Source of the DNA: Moniliella sp. 'wahieum'
Lineage: Eukaryota
DNA: 64,000 nucleotides
Direction: 5' to 3'
Assembly: GCA_003971905.1 (NCBI GenBank)
Contig: RSEE01000039.1
Span: forward strand, 372,001 to 436,000
Shown here: positions 1-14,530 of the stretch, one piece after another
Layout: every line of letters starts with the position of its first letter
How positions within the stretch are numbered: the first letter of the stretch is position 1
The notes under the pieces: model-generated
The model's database searches: none
What the model was told of the DNA's origin: nothing
What the model saw: the letters and a program-made list of their open reading frames with translations, nothing else
Translations under genes and position numbers: made by a program

Positions 1-636
1 GCAGACATGTGGAATGTTCAAATTTCATGGCATTCGGGCTTTCATCGATTTCATCGGTCGTTCGTCGATCGTTCATCGTCCGACTTGCTCAGACACCCGA
101 ACCGCCTCAGCCCCGGGACGGCTGCGGGCAGCCGGGCACACTGGGGAGGTGCTGCTGCGCCGAGTGGTTGCGTGGAGGTGGTCGACGCCACACTGGGCGG
201 CTGCCCCGCCGCGAACAGCGTGCGGCGCCAGTGTTCCTACCGTTGCGCCCCCCCCGAGCGGCCACCGCGATGGCCCCGCCACACTCGCCTCCTGCCCGCC
301 CCGTCCGCCCCCCGTGCCCCGAGCTCATCGGGGGCGGCCAATGCTGTGCCGCCAGAAAAGGTGGCCATTCAGCACAGCGTCTGTGTCCGCCAGCGGGACC
401 CTCCTTGGGCAACCCTCGTTGCCAGACGGCACACCTGGTCGCCAGTATATAATGCACCGGTCTGATCTCCGCCCAAGCTGTTTGCCTCCCCATCCGTCCC
501 CTGCCCTCCTCAACCACCCCCGACTGCACGCTGGCGTGTATCGCGTTCTTCCATCCCTCCCATATCGCATCACTCCGCCCCTCCCGCTTCCCTTTAACTC
601 TACCCCACCCCCCCCAGCACCTCCTTGATCCACACA

Positions 637-1641
637 ATGGTCCGCTCCGTCCTTGCTACTCTTCTCCTTGCCCTGGGGGCAAGCCAAGTCTTTGCTGGAC
701 ACCACCCACAGCAGCGCCGTGCTCTGGGTTCGCGCCAAAACATCCATGCCGCGCACGCTGCCCGCCGTGCGGACACCAAGCCTGAGCGTCACGAGTACAT
801 TCGCTCCAACAGCACATTGGCCGCCCGCTCGGCTGAGCGCCGTGACAACCAAGGCCAAGCTACCTTTTACCGTCCTGCCTCGGAGGGTGGCTCCCAAAGC
901 TCGTGCGGCCCATACATTTCCGACAGCTCCAATGTTTTGCCTTGGCGCAGGCTGGCTGGGATTACTTTGCGAGCCAAGGCATCGACCAACAGTCTCTCTG
1001 CAACAAGGAGATTACCATCCAGGGTCCTTTCGGTTCTCAAACGGCCAAGATCCTTGACACGTGCCCTCCCGATTCGTCGACGAACACGTGTGGCAACATG
1101 TGCGACATTGACCTGACGTACGACCTCTTCGGGTTGCTGGACAACTACGATGCAGGTATCTTCAACGTTCACTGGTCTTTTGCCGATGGCACTCCGTCTC
1201 CTTGCGGCCAGGGATCGTCGTCTTCGTCCTCGTCGTCCTCTTCCAAGGCGTCTACGCCTACCCACAAGTCGGCTGTGGCACAGCCTACCGGCTCGTCAAG
1301 CTCGTCAGGTTCTCCTGCCCCTCGTCTTCGTCATCTGGTTCTTCTTCGACCTTCTCCACCGCCCTGCAATGGTGGGACGACATCGACTCGCAATGGTGCC
1401 CTGGAATCACCATCCCGTCCGGCGCTGTTCAGGCGGCTGTGGGCCCAACGAGCCAATACTCTAACGATGACTTGTCCAAGACCTGCGGCAAATGGGTGAC
1501 GATTGACGCTAACGGCAAGAAACTCAAGCGATTGTCGTTGAATGGGTTCCCAACTCGAGCCAGAACCTCCTTGCTGTCGGCAACCCATACAACGACATTG
1601 TTGGCTCCGGCAGCGGCTCAGTTACCTGGAGCTTCAACTAA
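637..1641 (+). CDS. Secreted expansin/RlpA-like protein with two double-psi beta-barrel (DPBB) domains and a Ser-rich linker (frameshifted in assembly)
   Basis: Signal peptide MVRSVLATLLLALGASQVFA. Domain 1: GQATFY..SSCG, LCNKEITI, AKILDTCP, DIDLTYDLFGLL...GIFNVHWSF. Domain 2 ends TCGKWVTI...VTWSFN*. Pieced together from ORFs 625, 903 and 1202. TATA-like TATATAA at ~446-452. Confidence 0.8.
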
Positions 1642-3106
1642 ACCCGATTCGATTTCTTTCTTTTTACATCCCCGTGTATCCTTTGGGAGACTGGCTTCTT
1701 CCTTGGTGTGCTCGGGGCGCCTTTCTTCGGCGCTTTCACTTGTATCCATTTCATCCTCGTATGGCTGTGATGCCATATGTGTGTACCTCCCACTCTCCCT
1801 TGTTTTTCTCTTTTGTTACGGTGCGGTTCCACCGACTTATATTGATACGTTTGCCGGCCAGGTGACCGGCGACATCGATACAATCCCCCCGAGCAGGAAA
1901 AGACTAGCTGGTTCTTGCAGAGCGTCGGCTTGCGTTGGCACGCCGACTGGTGCAATGTGTTGCCTACCTGTGACTTGCCTGTGTAAAGAGAGCCGCAGGT
2001 AGGCACGCCCGTGACGTGGAACCCTCAATTTCGAGCAGCTGGAACATGCTAATATGTATTACGTAATCTCATTCGGTCCTCTCCCCTCTGGCCACGTTCC
2101 TTGGGATATGGAGGTCTGATGGGAACGACCTGAACGTTGAAGAGGGGCAGAGGCCCTCCTGAGGCCCGAGGGCCTCTAGACAACGTCCATTTCATTGGCA
2201 GACTTAAGAAGGCTGGGACAGGGGGAACGCTACGTCTAATGACTACCACGCCTTCAGCTCAAGCAGGTCAAGCGAGCTTCAAGCGCCACCCAGCACCAAA
2301 TGGAACACTTGTGCGGATGCAGCGAAGACAGACTGGTAACAATAGATGCGCGGAGGGAAGAGACTGGAACTCACTGGACCGGGACCGGGGTCAGGCGGTC
2401 AAGGGTGGAAGTAGCCCGGGACGCGTGCCCATCCGCGCAACACTCACTCGTCCAAAGGAGTTGGAAGACCTGGTTAAGACCTCCTCAGATGACTTTGGTG
2501 CGCGGCGCGACGTTTGGGGCGCTTGAACGATAGTCTGTGGGGGTACAGCCATCGTAGGGCGTAAATCACGTTCTTACGTTGGCTGCGGGAACCGCAGTGA
2601 GGCGTGAATTGAAGGAGCAACTCATGGGACCACTTCATGTACAGCTCTGATAGTTCGCAAGTTGTCTTGTGGTCTGGTGTTCGCCATACATTCTGAGGAA
2701 GTGGATTAGCATGCACCACATTTCATTCATATAACACACGGGTCTTGTTAACCCGCCCAGAGGGGGTGAGGGGGTGGAGGGCGGGGCAGAGTAGGCGGCC
2801 TCCTCATCTCCGCCTGCCCTCGCTGACACGTCATTGACGCAATATGCAAGCCTCAGGTTATCCGGTAACCCTGCAACAGACGGATGATCAAGCGCTGTAT
2901 CGCTCTTAACTATGTCTCTATCGTCGACGGCGGGGTCGGCTACAGAAGAGGAAGGGGTGACGCCAGTACGCCGAGTGCAGACACGAGAGGAACCACATAG
3001 CTGTTGGGTCCAAGCATGGATTTTTTGTGAATGGGCGCGCGGTCCCAGAGGGGAAAGAGGGAGCGGGAAAAGTGAGGGGTCAAACCCTCACGTGTCAGGG
3101 TACGAC

Positions 3107-3646
3107 TTAGTCGAGCTGCTCAACATCGGTCTCCTTCTTCTCCACGTCGAACGTCTCGGGCTGGAAAAGGAGTCAGTGTCAAAAGACGAGCAAGACAGAA
3201 AAAAATCAGAGACGTACGACATCGGGAACATCGTCACCAGAAGCGCCCTGGGCCTGCATCATCTGGTACGACTGGGCCAGCTGGCGGAGCGAAGCCATGG
3301 CCTCGGGGCCAAGCTGGTTGAGGATCCCCGGCACGAGCTCGGTCATGTCCTTGTCCTCGCCATGGCCAGTGACAATGTGGGTGTTGGCATCCTTGACAAG
3401 GGCAACGTTGGGGCGGGTGAAGTGGAGCACCTTGCCATCGTCCTTGAACATGTTGACCTCCTCGTACCCAGTCATGGGCAGCACACCGCCCAGCTTCTTC
3501 AGCGCCGCACCGAGCTTTTTGTCGTTACCGCCCTCGACGGCCGACTTGGGCGCAACCTTCTTGACGACCTTGCGACGAGGAGCACCCTTGCCGCCCTGCC
3601 GGCTGGCAGCCTGGAGCTTGGCGAGCTTCTCTTGGTCGACAACCAT
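3107..3646 (-). CDS. EGD1: Nascent polypeptide-associated complex beta subunit (BTF3)
   Basis: [59 protein letters not shown]. Intron 3161-3217 (GTACGT..CTGAC..CAG) gives the C-terminus [18 protein letters not shown]. Confidence 0.95.
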
Positions 3647-3853
3647 GGTGCAAGTGGGATGGGATGTGGTACAGAACCAAGCTGCGTCGGGCGTCGGAGC
3701 GGCCAAGCAGACGGCAAGTACGCTCGGACGAACAATTGTGCGCCGCAGACGCAGGCAAAAGAGCAGTCTCCCTTCGAACGAGGAAGAACCTGAATGTTAG
3801 GGTTCGACGGAAGCTTATGATCACCGGCCGGTCACATGGCCGGATCTTCTTGG

Positions 3854-4278
3854 TCAGCCCGTTCCTCGTCCAACATGGAGCGTGGCCTCGGAAGAGCTAG
3901 TCGTCTGGACCTGGCACCAGTGCATCAGCACCGTCAGCATCAACCACTGGCCCTTGGGCTTCCCGTTGGCTCGCGTATATTCCAGTTCTGCTAGTATCAT
4001 GGCGTCTGATAGCTGGGACGCATTATGCGATGGCTTTGAAACGTCGCAAGGAGGGTAAAAGCGCAAGTCCGCCACCTCTACCCCACCATAGAGATTCTCG
4101 TCTTTTTCTCCGGGCATCACGGTCCTCTCTCTCACCCTCTTCTCGCTTGTTACCATCTCTGCCATGACTAACTTGAACTGGCGACCAGTGGGATCTCCGA
4201 GTTACGTCCTGCTGGCGCCCATCCCCAACTTACCATTGCTGTAAAGGCATCGACTATTAGTTGTTGAGGCCAAGGCAT
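3854..4278 (-). CDS. Hypothetical small spliced protein (~122 aa)
   Basis: GTAAGT..CAG intron 4178-4233 joins ORF 4168..4374 in frame to ORF 3854..4165. No homology recognised. Confidence 0.4.
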
Positions 4279-4500
4279 GATGCAAAAGGGGAACGAGTTG
4301 GCTGGGGTTCTAACGTTCTTCCAACCAATAACGAGGATCCTCCGGTGTGACCAGAACGTCCCATCAACTCTCACTCTCGCGTCCTTCCAGTAGATAAAAA
4401 CAAGGGCAGACCGACGCGACTAGCAGAAAGGTCGCAGTCGATGGGGGGGCTGGGAGAGCATGCTCTGCACGGAATACGATTGGATCGGGCGCGTCTTTGC

Positions 4501-4858
4501 TTATTTGTCCAGGCTCTCGAGGAACTTCTCCAGGTCAAAGTCTGGGCTGTCTGGGTCGCTCACGACTGCAGCGTCAAAAGGTAGGGGGGGTCAGTCTGAA
4601 TTCGTCTCTGCAGCAGCGAGCAAGGATCGACATACCGCCGGTGGCCTTAGGGGCGGGGTGGAGCTCGGCCCACTTGGCCTTGGCCTGCTCAACCAAGTCT
4701 TGGCGGTGAGCCTTGATGGCGGCGAGGTGGGCCTTGTCGGCGTCCTTCTGGAGCGCATGGCGGTGGTAGATGCCGTACGCCACGCCGCCAACCAGGGCGG
4801 AGTAGCGGGCCACGTTGACCAGTGGGGTGGGGTTGAAGAGGGCCGAGATGGACGCCAT
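4501..4858 (-). CDS. TIM11: Mitochondrial ATP synthase subunit e
   Basis: PLVNVARYSALVGGVAYGIYH...LVEQAKAKWA. Intron 4566-4635 (GTATGT..CTGAC..CAG) gives VVSDPDSPDFDLEKFLESLDK*, the typical subunit e C-terminus. Confidence 0.9.
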
Positions 4859-5158
4859 TGTCGGGGAGAGTCGCCGGACAGAGAAGGTGCTGGTGGCCGA
4901 GCGGTGCGATGGGACGGAGAGGGGCCGCTCAGCTGGCCCCGCCAGTGGTCGGGCAAGGGGGGAAGGAACCGGGAAGAGCGGCAGGCACGGCGGCAGTGTC
5001 AGCGCGCTCAGCCGGAGTGACTGGCTGGCCGCTGCCGCGCAGATTTGTAAGGAGCGGAACGAGGCGGGCTGAAAGTTGCAATGGGCTGGCTGCTGAAACA
5101 TTGCAGGCGACACGCAGCCGCCCTCCCGGCGACACGACGCGCCCGCAGCGCCACTCGC

Positions 5159-5164
5159 ACGCGT
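5159..5164. promoter_or_regulatory. MCB-like element (ACGCGT) upstream of DPB2
   Basis: ACGCGT about 90 nt before the DPB2 ATG, in the head-to-head TIM11/DPB2 interval. It fits G1/S regulation of replication genes, but the hexamer is common in GC-rich DNA. Confidence 0.3.
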
Positions 5165-5252
5165 CGTGTCGAGGCAGCCGCGCCGGGGCACGCAACGGAC
5201 AGACACACACTCGCAACCATCCTGGCCCGTCTTGGCCGCCGCGCGCTCCAGC

Positions 5253-7354
5253 ATGGACACGGACATGGACATCGACTCGGGCATGGGAATGGCCATGGAC
5301 GCCGACTATGCTGAGAGCAGCGCCGCCTTCTCCGCCGTCCGACGCGCGCCTCCGCTCCAGCGGCTCCAGCCGCGCTCGCCCCGCCCGCGCCGCCCTCCCC
5401 CCTCGTCCTCCATGAGTTTGGCCACAAGCGCGGACTCGAAGTGCACGTGTCCGGCTTCAAGTGGCTCGCCTCTGCGTTTGACGCCATGGGGCTTCTGGAC
5501 GATGTGGGCGAGATGCGCATCCAACTGGGTCTGCTCGCCAGCCACATCGCGCAGGACCGGGCGAGTAAGCAACAGACCTCCTCCCAGTCCTTTGCCTTGT
5601 CCCATGCAAGCGGGCCAACAACTTGTCATGGCGGAGACGCTGAGCGAGGCATACCAATACCTCCAGGCCTCTTCGGAGCGCGCGTCCCGCTCTAGGAATC
5701 TCACTGGGGCCGACGAAGACGACCTGGACGTCGACGCTCACATTCATGTCGTTTCGGCTTTTGCTCTTCCCCAGTATGCGTTTGACGTGCGCCGCCGCAC
5801 CTTTGTTCGCTCGTCCGCGGGCCCGCCCAGCATCTTGGCCCGTGCCATCTCACGCCCAGACTCTGGCCGGGAGCGACTGGAAGTCATCCGCGCCACCGTG
5901 CAGCGCAACGAGCACTTCCAGGCCCCCCTCGCTCTGGGCGCAAGTACCCCCAAGGTCAAGCAGGCTCCTTTCTCCAGCTTAGTACCACCACGGACTTGGC
6001 TGGACGAGCTGCACCCGCTTCCTCGGTTGATGGGCAGGGGGCTCGTCGATTCCTCCTGCTCGGTTTACTCACCACTCTCCCCGATGGCCGGGCAGCGGTA
6101 GAAGATTTGGATGGAGTCGTGTCCCTCGACCTTTCTGGTGCCACAGTGGGAGAAGGTTTGTTCACCCATGGTGCGATCGTTCTTTTGGAGGGGTACGCGC
6201 GTGCTCTTCCCCGTTCGGCCGGGACAGGAGCATTGGAAATTCGAGCGTCATCTTTGTCGCGACTGCGATGAGTCATCCGCCTGCTGAACGGCGAGCGCAA
6301 TCAATGGCGCTTTACGGTCATATCGATTTCCTCGGAACTGGCGTTCTGGGCGCTGCCGAACGCGCCCGCCTACATGCCCATGAACAAGCTGCGATCCAGT
6401 CGGCAGTAGCCAGAGGGGAGGATCCGGATGCAGCAGGCCTGTTTATGATCACTATGTCGGACGTGCACCTCGACTCGGAGCGGGACTTGGCCAAGTTGGC
6501 CGCCGTGTTTACCGGGTTCGAACAGTCTTCCTTTATTCCCCCATCATTGTTCTCTGTGGTCCCTTTTGTTCCAACACAAACGGAACCGACATGGCGGGGA
6601 AGTACAAGGGTAAGTTGTCTCTGCTTTGCATTTTGTCTTGCTTTTCTGACCCTCTCCCAAAGCCGTCTTTGCCCGTTTGGCTTCGCTCCTGCGCGCCACG
6701 CCCCAGCTGTTATCCATCTCCCACCTTGTGCTCGTGCCCGCGCTCGAAGATGTTCATCGGACCAGCCTCCTCCCCCGTCCACCCATGCCGCCATCCGTGA
6801 CGCAAAGCTTGCAAGAGCTCCTTCCCAAAGGCCATTTGCACTCGACCTCCAACCCGGCCCGGATTCGCGTGCTGGATCATGACCTTGTGTTGTTCCGGTA
6901 CAACATGGCCAGCAAGATGGTGCGCAACACTGTGCTCTTTAAGGATCTGGGCGGGGATGCGGCCCAGTCGGGAGCCGGGTTGGACGCTCCGGACGATGAG
7001 CGCAAGATGCAGAAATGGGTATGTGCCCTCCCCCCTCTCCCCATGGTGGCTCTATGGAAACTAATCGTATGTGCATCAGCTTGTCTCGACCCTCTTGGAC
7101 CAGGGCTACCTCTCCCCCTTCCCGGCGCACGTCCAGCCTGTGCTATGGGAGCACACCCATGCGCTTCGGTTGTTTCCCTTGCCTGATGCCCTGGTGCTGC
7201 TGATCGGTTTGCAAGGTTTGCGCTGACGTACGAAAAGTGCCGCGTCTTTAACCCGGGACCCTTTTCGGGGGCCGAGTACTCTTGGGCAACTTACTACTTG
7301 CCCACTCGCAAGGTCGAGAGTAGCTACCTTCCCCCCGATGAGGAGGAAGACTAA
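5253..7354 (+). CDS. DPB2: DNA polymerase epsilon subunit B (frameshifted, with introns)
   Basis: [46 protein letters not shown]...[77 protein letters not shown]. Ends PPDEEED*. Confidence 0.9.
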
Positions 7355-7817
7355 TTACGACCCTCTCCCTCTCCATGTGTCCGTGCCAAACGAGTCCCCA
7401 TAGATTTATGCACACAAGTCGCGCTCATCTCTTCCAACTGATCCACATGACACAATGTACAACGAAGAAACAAGCCCACGAAGAGGCATGCCATGGTCTG
7501 TGGCAACGGTGGCAGGAATGTCGAAACTCGACGCGTGGCCAGAAAAGGATCTATGGAACAGTTGCAACAGGTCGCAACAGAGGCCATGTTACATGTCACG
7601 GGCGAACCGCGGTAATGAGAAGTTGGACAGGTGCGATGCAGCTCATAGAAAGGGGGATGATGCTGGAGTTTGACGTCATGGAATGTGGGCAAAACTGGGA
7701 GAAGGGGGAATCTTGAAGGTCGTCTCCGACCTCAAATCAAGAGGACAGGGCAGGACAGGGCATGGCAGGGCAGGGCAGGACAAGTCAGGCAAGGACATGG
7801 CTGTAGGGAGAAGCGAG

Positions 7818-8979
7818 TTACTCCTCGGTTTCATCCTTGGCAGGGGTCTTAACCTCCTTGTCCTTCTTTTGCTCTGAGTCTCCTCCAGGTTTTTCTTGCG
7901 GTCCTCATTCTCGAGGGCCACCTTGAGGACCAATTTGCGCCCATGGAACTCCTTGTCGTTGAACAACTTGATGGCCTCTTGCTGCTGTTCATGGGTAGCA
8001 AAATCAACAAACGCATACCCACGGCTCCGACGTTCGCCCGTCTTCTTGCTGAGCACTGCAGGCGAATCGGGTGCGGCCTCTGCCGCCGCCGCGGCCGCCT
8101 CTTTTTCCGCATCGGTCAACTTGCGCACCCTGCGTACAATAGAACGGGCAATGTACACGCCCTTGACAGTCAGGTCCGTGTCCTTCTCGAAAAAGGCGCG
8201 CAGCTCGGGCTGCTCAACACTGTAAGCCAAGTTGGCGACAAAGACCAACGTCTGGGAAGGAGGACCGGTCGGGCCATCCTTTTTGCCTCCTGCGCCCTTG
8301 TCAGAAGCTGCAGCTGCAGCTGGCTTCTTGGCCGTCTTCTTTTGTGACGCCTTGCGGCCGGGGGGCTTGGGCTTCGAACGAGCCTCCTCGGCGGGTTCCT
8401 CAGCCCCGCTGGCGGGAGTAGAAGAGGAACCGTCGACCTTGATCGTGCGCTCCTTGCGCGCCTTGCGGTTCTGGAACGATTCGGCGGTGGTGTGCTTCAG
8501 GGCCTCAATGACCAACGCCCGACCAGCGACCTCGGTATTGTTGAACTTTTCGATCGCCGTCGCCGCATCGTCGGCAGTGGCAAAGGTAACAAAGCCGTAG
8601 CCTTGGTGACGAGGGCCGCGACGAATGATCTGCACGCTTGACCTGCAGTGGAGAGGGGGTAAAAAGTCAGCATGCCGAATTGCGAGTGGCACAAACGAGG
8701 CATCACGTACACAGTTAGAGTGGGAGCAAAGACGGCCTTAAGTTCAGCTTCTTTGACGGAGGAGCTGAGCTGGCGGACGAAGACTTTCTGAGGAGCAGTG
8801 GACAGTGTATGTCAGCAGGGATTGCGCGCGCCATGCAAACAAAGCGGACATACCTTGGCAAGTTCTTCGAGGTCAGCAGGCGTGCGCTCGACAGGCGGAG
8901 CCAGGTCGGTGGGCGGGGCTGAGGTCGCAGGAGGCGTGGGCACCGTGGTGGGGGCAGCAGTGTCGACAGCAGCAGACAT
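7818..8979 (-). CDS. Two-RRM single-stranded nucleic acid-binding protein (S. pombe Tcg1-like)
   Basis: RRM1: KVFV..L and QGYGFVTF. RRM2: GPPSQTLVFVANLAY and RSRGYAFVDF..QQQEAI..FNDKEFHGRKLVLKVA. Two GT-AG introns between ~8643 and 8853. C-terminal frameshift gives ...AKDETEE*. Confidence 0.8.
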
Positions 8980-11310
8980 GGCGGGTCGAGTAGACTTGAC
9001 GGGGGGCGGGGGGCGGGCGGGCGGGGCGGGGCGGTGTGGACTGCGATGGGGCGAGCGCGGGCAAGTCGATGGGATGGGTGGTGGAAGGAAGGAGGAAGGA
9101 GGCAGACCGCCGGCGCCAGAAGGGGGCGAAGCGAGGATGTGCTGCTGGATGCGCGGCGTGGCGCCACTCGCTGCGCCGACGGCTGGGCTCTGGGCCAGCG
9201 GCCATGGTTGGCGCACAGGCCACCGCGACGGCACACTGGCCCCGCGCCGCACGCGTGGTCTGGCCTGGCGGTGGCGACGCCTGGATGAATATTGAATGGC
9301 TCCTGGCGCGCCCGACCGCCCCTCGGGCGACGCCACGTGACACTGCCCCGCTGCCCCCGCGCCCTGGCCCCGTTCCTTCGTTGATATTCGCCGCTGAAAT
9401 GGAAATGGAAATGTGCCAGTGATGGTGCGAGGACTAACTCAACCGAGTACTGATCAAGGTGGCCACCCTCTCTACTCTGCCCCGAGCTGGTCGACCAGGG
9501 CCAGGAAGCAAGGCATCTGGTTTCCGGGCAACAATGGTCGTTCACGAGTCCAGTGATGCCGTCGATTGCATCCATACGTGTTTTCCGCGTTTTCTTCAGC
9601 GCCGTTTTGTGGTTTTGTGCAGTGGAACAACCTCAATGAAAACATTACCTGTCTGGGCGGGTCACACTGTGGCATGTTGGTCAAGTTGGCCGCTAAAGTC
9701 AACCTGCCTTGTCTGACTCTGCTGCATCTAGTCCAGAGACGTCAGATGTACCCTGTTGTTGCTTCCTTGACAACGGCATCGTCCGTTCCATCTAGTCTGC
9801 CTGTGACAGACCTTTAATGAGTGGTCCGGCCGCATGTGCAAGGAGATACCAGGCTCGGGTGAATATGCGTGGCATCCGTCCCAATGCCGAATGGATTGCT
9901 TTTCCGGTTTTTGGTACCACCTGCGCTCGATCCGGTCACGCTGCTGCGCAACCCTGAGACGATTGATTACCCACAGCAAAGACGGTCCGTCGGTCATTCC
10001 GGGGGTGCACCTTCAATGATATTCTCGAGCGCAAAAAGCGATTTACTAACAGATGCTTTACGTGCTTTTGCTCCAGCGGGCTATCTTTATGCGCATTCTT
10101 GCTCGTTTTGTTCTTGGAAATGCACGTTCGGTACTCCATCGACGACGGCAGCCAAAAACCACAAGTTCCCTATTACTACGCCCAAATCCTACCATGCACT
10201 AGCCAGTCTCCGTGGCGCGCTCCGAGGATGAGAAATACCATGAAGAAGAGGAGGAAGAGACTCGTCCATACAGCTGTAGCGAAAAGGGGGTAAGTGTTAC
10301 GGGGCGCTCCGTTTATCTCGGGACGCTGAGCCCCGTATGTCGTAGACATCTCAGCCCAGCACGCGCCAGTCCTGTTAGACTAGCGAGAAAGAGCCAGTCG
10401 ACACCTTATCCATGTTGCGGAGATCATCCGCGGCCCGCCATGGTCGCATGGGCTTATCGGTACGATGCTTTGTGCCCATTGCAGCCAGTCTTGGCAACAG
10501 AACCCTTCCTGCTGCGCCCGACTACGCAGTGTGAGCGCCTTTGAGAGTACGGGCTGTGCATTAGTCTTTACCTATCTGGAAAGTGCCCCGAATTCTGTTT
10601 ATACCTGTCATGAGGCACTTGTGAGGCCTGGTTGCGTCTGTTGTATATCAGCAACAACCATGTCTAAGGCTTGCTAGCTGTGGTCCTTGTCGACCACATC
10701 CTGTCTTTGGTCTCCCCGACTCCCCGTTCTTCTCTCGCCTTTCAACCTTCTACCACCCTTCCGCTTACGAATTTACGACTTACGTCGACCACTCTGCAAG
10801 CGGCGGTTACTCTCATCAGTAGCGCTTGCTCTTCTTTAGGACTCTGTCTGTTCCCGCCTACTACTGCGTACCGAGTGTGGCGGAGAACAGAGTGACGTCG
10901 GAGCTCCTGAACCCCTTCAACAGTTATAACCACCTGCGTACGCGGCTCCTACGTTGGAGGGTCTGAGCTGCGCCCTTTGCACGCAGGCAGCCACCCAAAC
11001 TAGAGGGTTCTCCCTCGCCCTATACATCCGTAGCTTCAACCACAGGATCTGAAGCAGGACCCAACGTACGAGACACCGTCGATTGGGCAAGGGTGTATAC
11101 CCCTAAACTACAGGGGGGGGGGCACCTCGGGGTCAAAAAAGAGGAATATGCATCTATCGCGAGTCTGCTGAGCAGTGCATAGTATGGTGGGGTTACGCTG
11201 GGACTACGAATGGATGCGGCATGCAAATTGGGCTTTGGGGTACCAACAGCGGCGTGGGGTCGGGGGGCGGAACGGCGGAATGGGCGGCGCGAAGAGCAGT
11301 GGAGGCTTAG

Positions 11311-13341
<2,031 letters not shown>

Positions 13342-14530
13342 TGATGAGGGCTGTCATTGGATCAGGCTGCGGCCTCAGGTGACGGTGAGGTCAGAGAGGG
13401 GAGGTTGTGCGTTCCGACAAGCAAGGGGGAAGAGGTCATTACGGTCAGTAAGAACTGGGGAATGAGGCCCGCCCCATGCGGATTCGCTCGTCTGGGAGCT
13501 CGACCACGGTCTCTTTCCCCCACGCGATTCTCTGATGGCATCGCCATCTTCTCAATATCTCCATGATCAACTGTGCCATTCTGTGTGCTGGCGTACACTG
13601 AGAGGTTCGCTTGTCATGCAGAATGCATGGCATGCCAACATACCGTACCCTCAGCCCATGTCTCTTTCTGCCTCTTTTCTGTCTGCCGCGATAACCGGTT
13701 CAAGGAGGGAACCGGTACCAGCCCCCCCCCCCGCTGCCCGTTCTCGACCCCAGTGCACCTCCACTCTCCACTCGTCTACAACCCCCCAATCCCCCACCCG
13801 TCTCACCCCCGCGTATGCTACCTCGGTCTGTTGACGGTGGACGTTGGATCCTGCATGCAAGAAGGTAGAAGGGCCGAGGGGCCCGAGGGGTACAGAGTCG
13901 GAGGGGTCAGGGGTTCCTATTTGCACTCGGTCTGTACAAGAAAAACTCAACCAGTGGTGACCAGCGTCACTTCATAGTATAGTGACTGTTAGTGTGTGTG
14001 CAGGGCAGAAAGAGAGGCCGAATCGAGAGATGTGTGCCATGTGTAGCCAGCCAGCGAGCCCGCCATGCATAATCTGGATCGACAAATCCAACTAAAGGGA
14101 GCGAAATGGGGTGCCAAAAGACGCATCCAAGAAGCAAACGATGTGGTTCATCCATGAAGCAAACCATATAATGTGGTTCGAATAAAGTATGCACAAGAAC
14201 ACAAAGACATGTATACAGACAGTGTGGGGGAAATGCAGGGGTGGGAAAGAAAAGTGAAGAAAAGGAAAGAAAAGAAAACAGAAGAGAAGAGAGTCGTGAG
14301 GTTGCCTCGACGGCCCGTGCCGACCGGTACAGCACGAGAGGTGCTCGGATCCCGTTCTTGGTGCCCGTGTCAACAATGCAACAGAGAGGTGTGGGGGATA
14401 CTAAGGTGGAGGAAGAGCAGGGGGGAACAACAACAGGCATGAATGACGAGGAATGGGGAGGAATGGGGGAGGAGAATGGGGGGCCCAACAGGTATACCAA
14501 ACGCGAAGAGACGAGAGCGCGGGACCTGCC

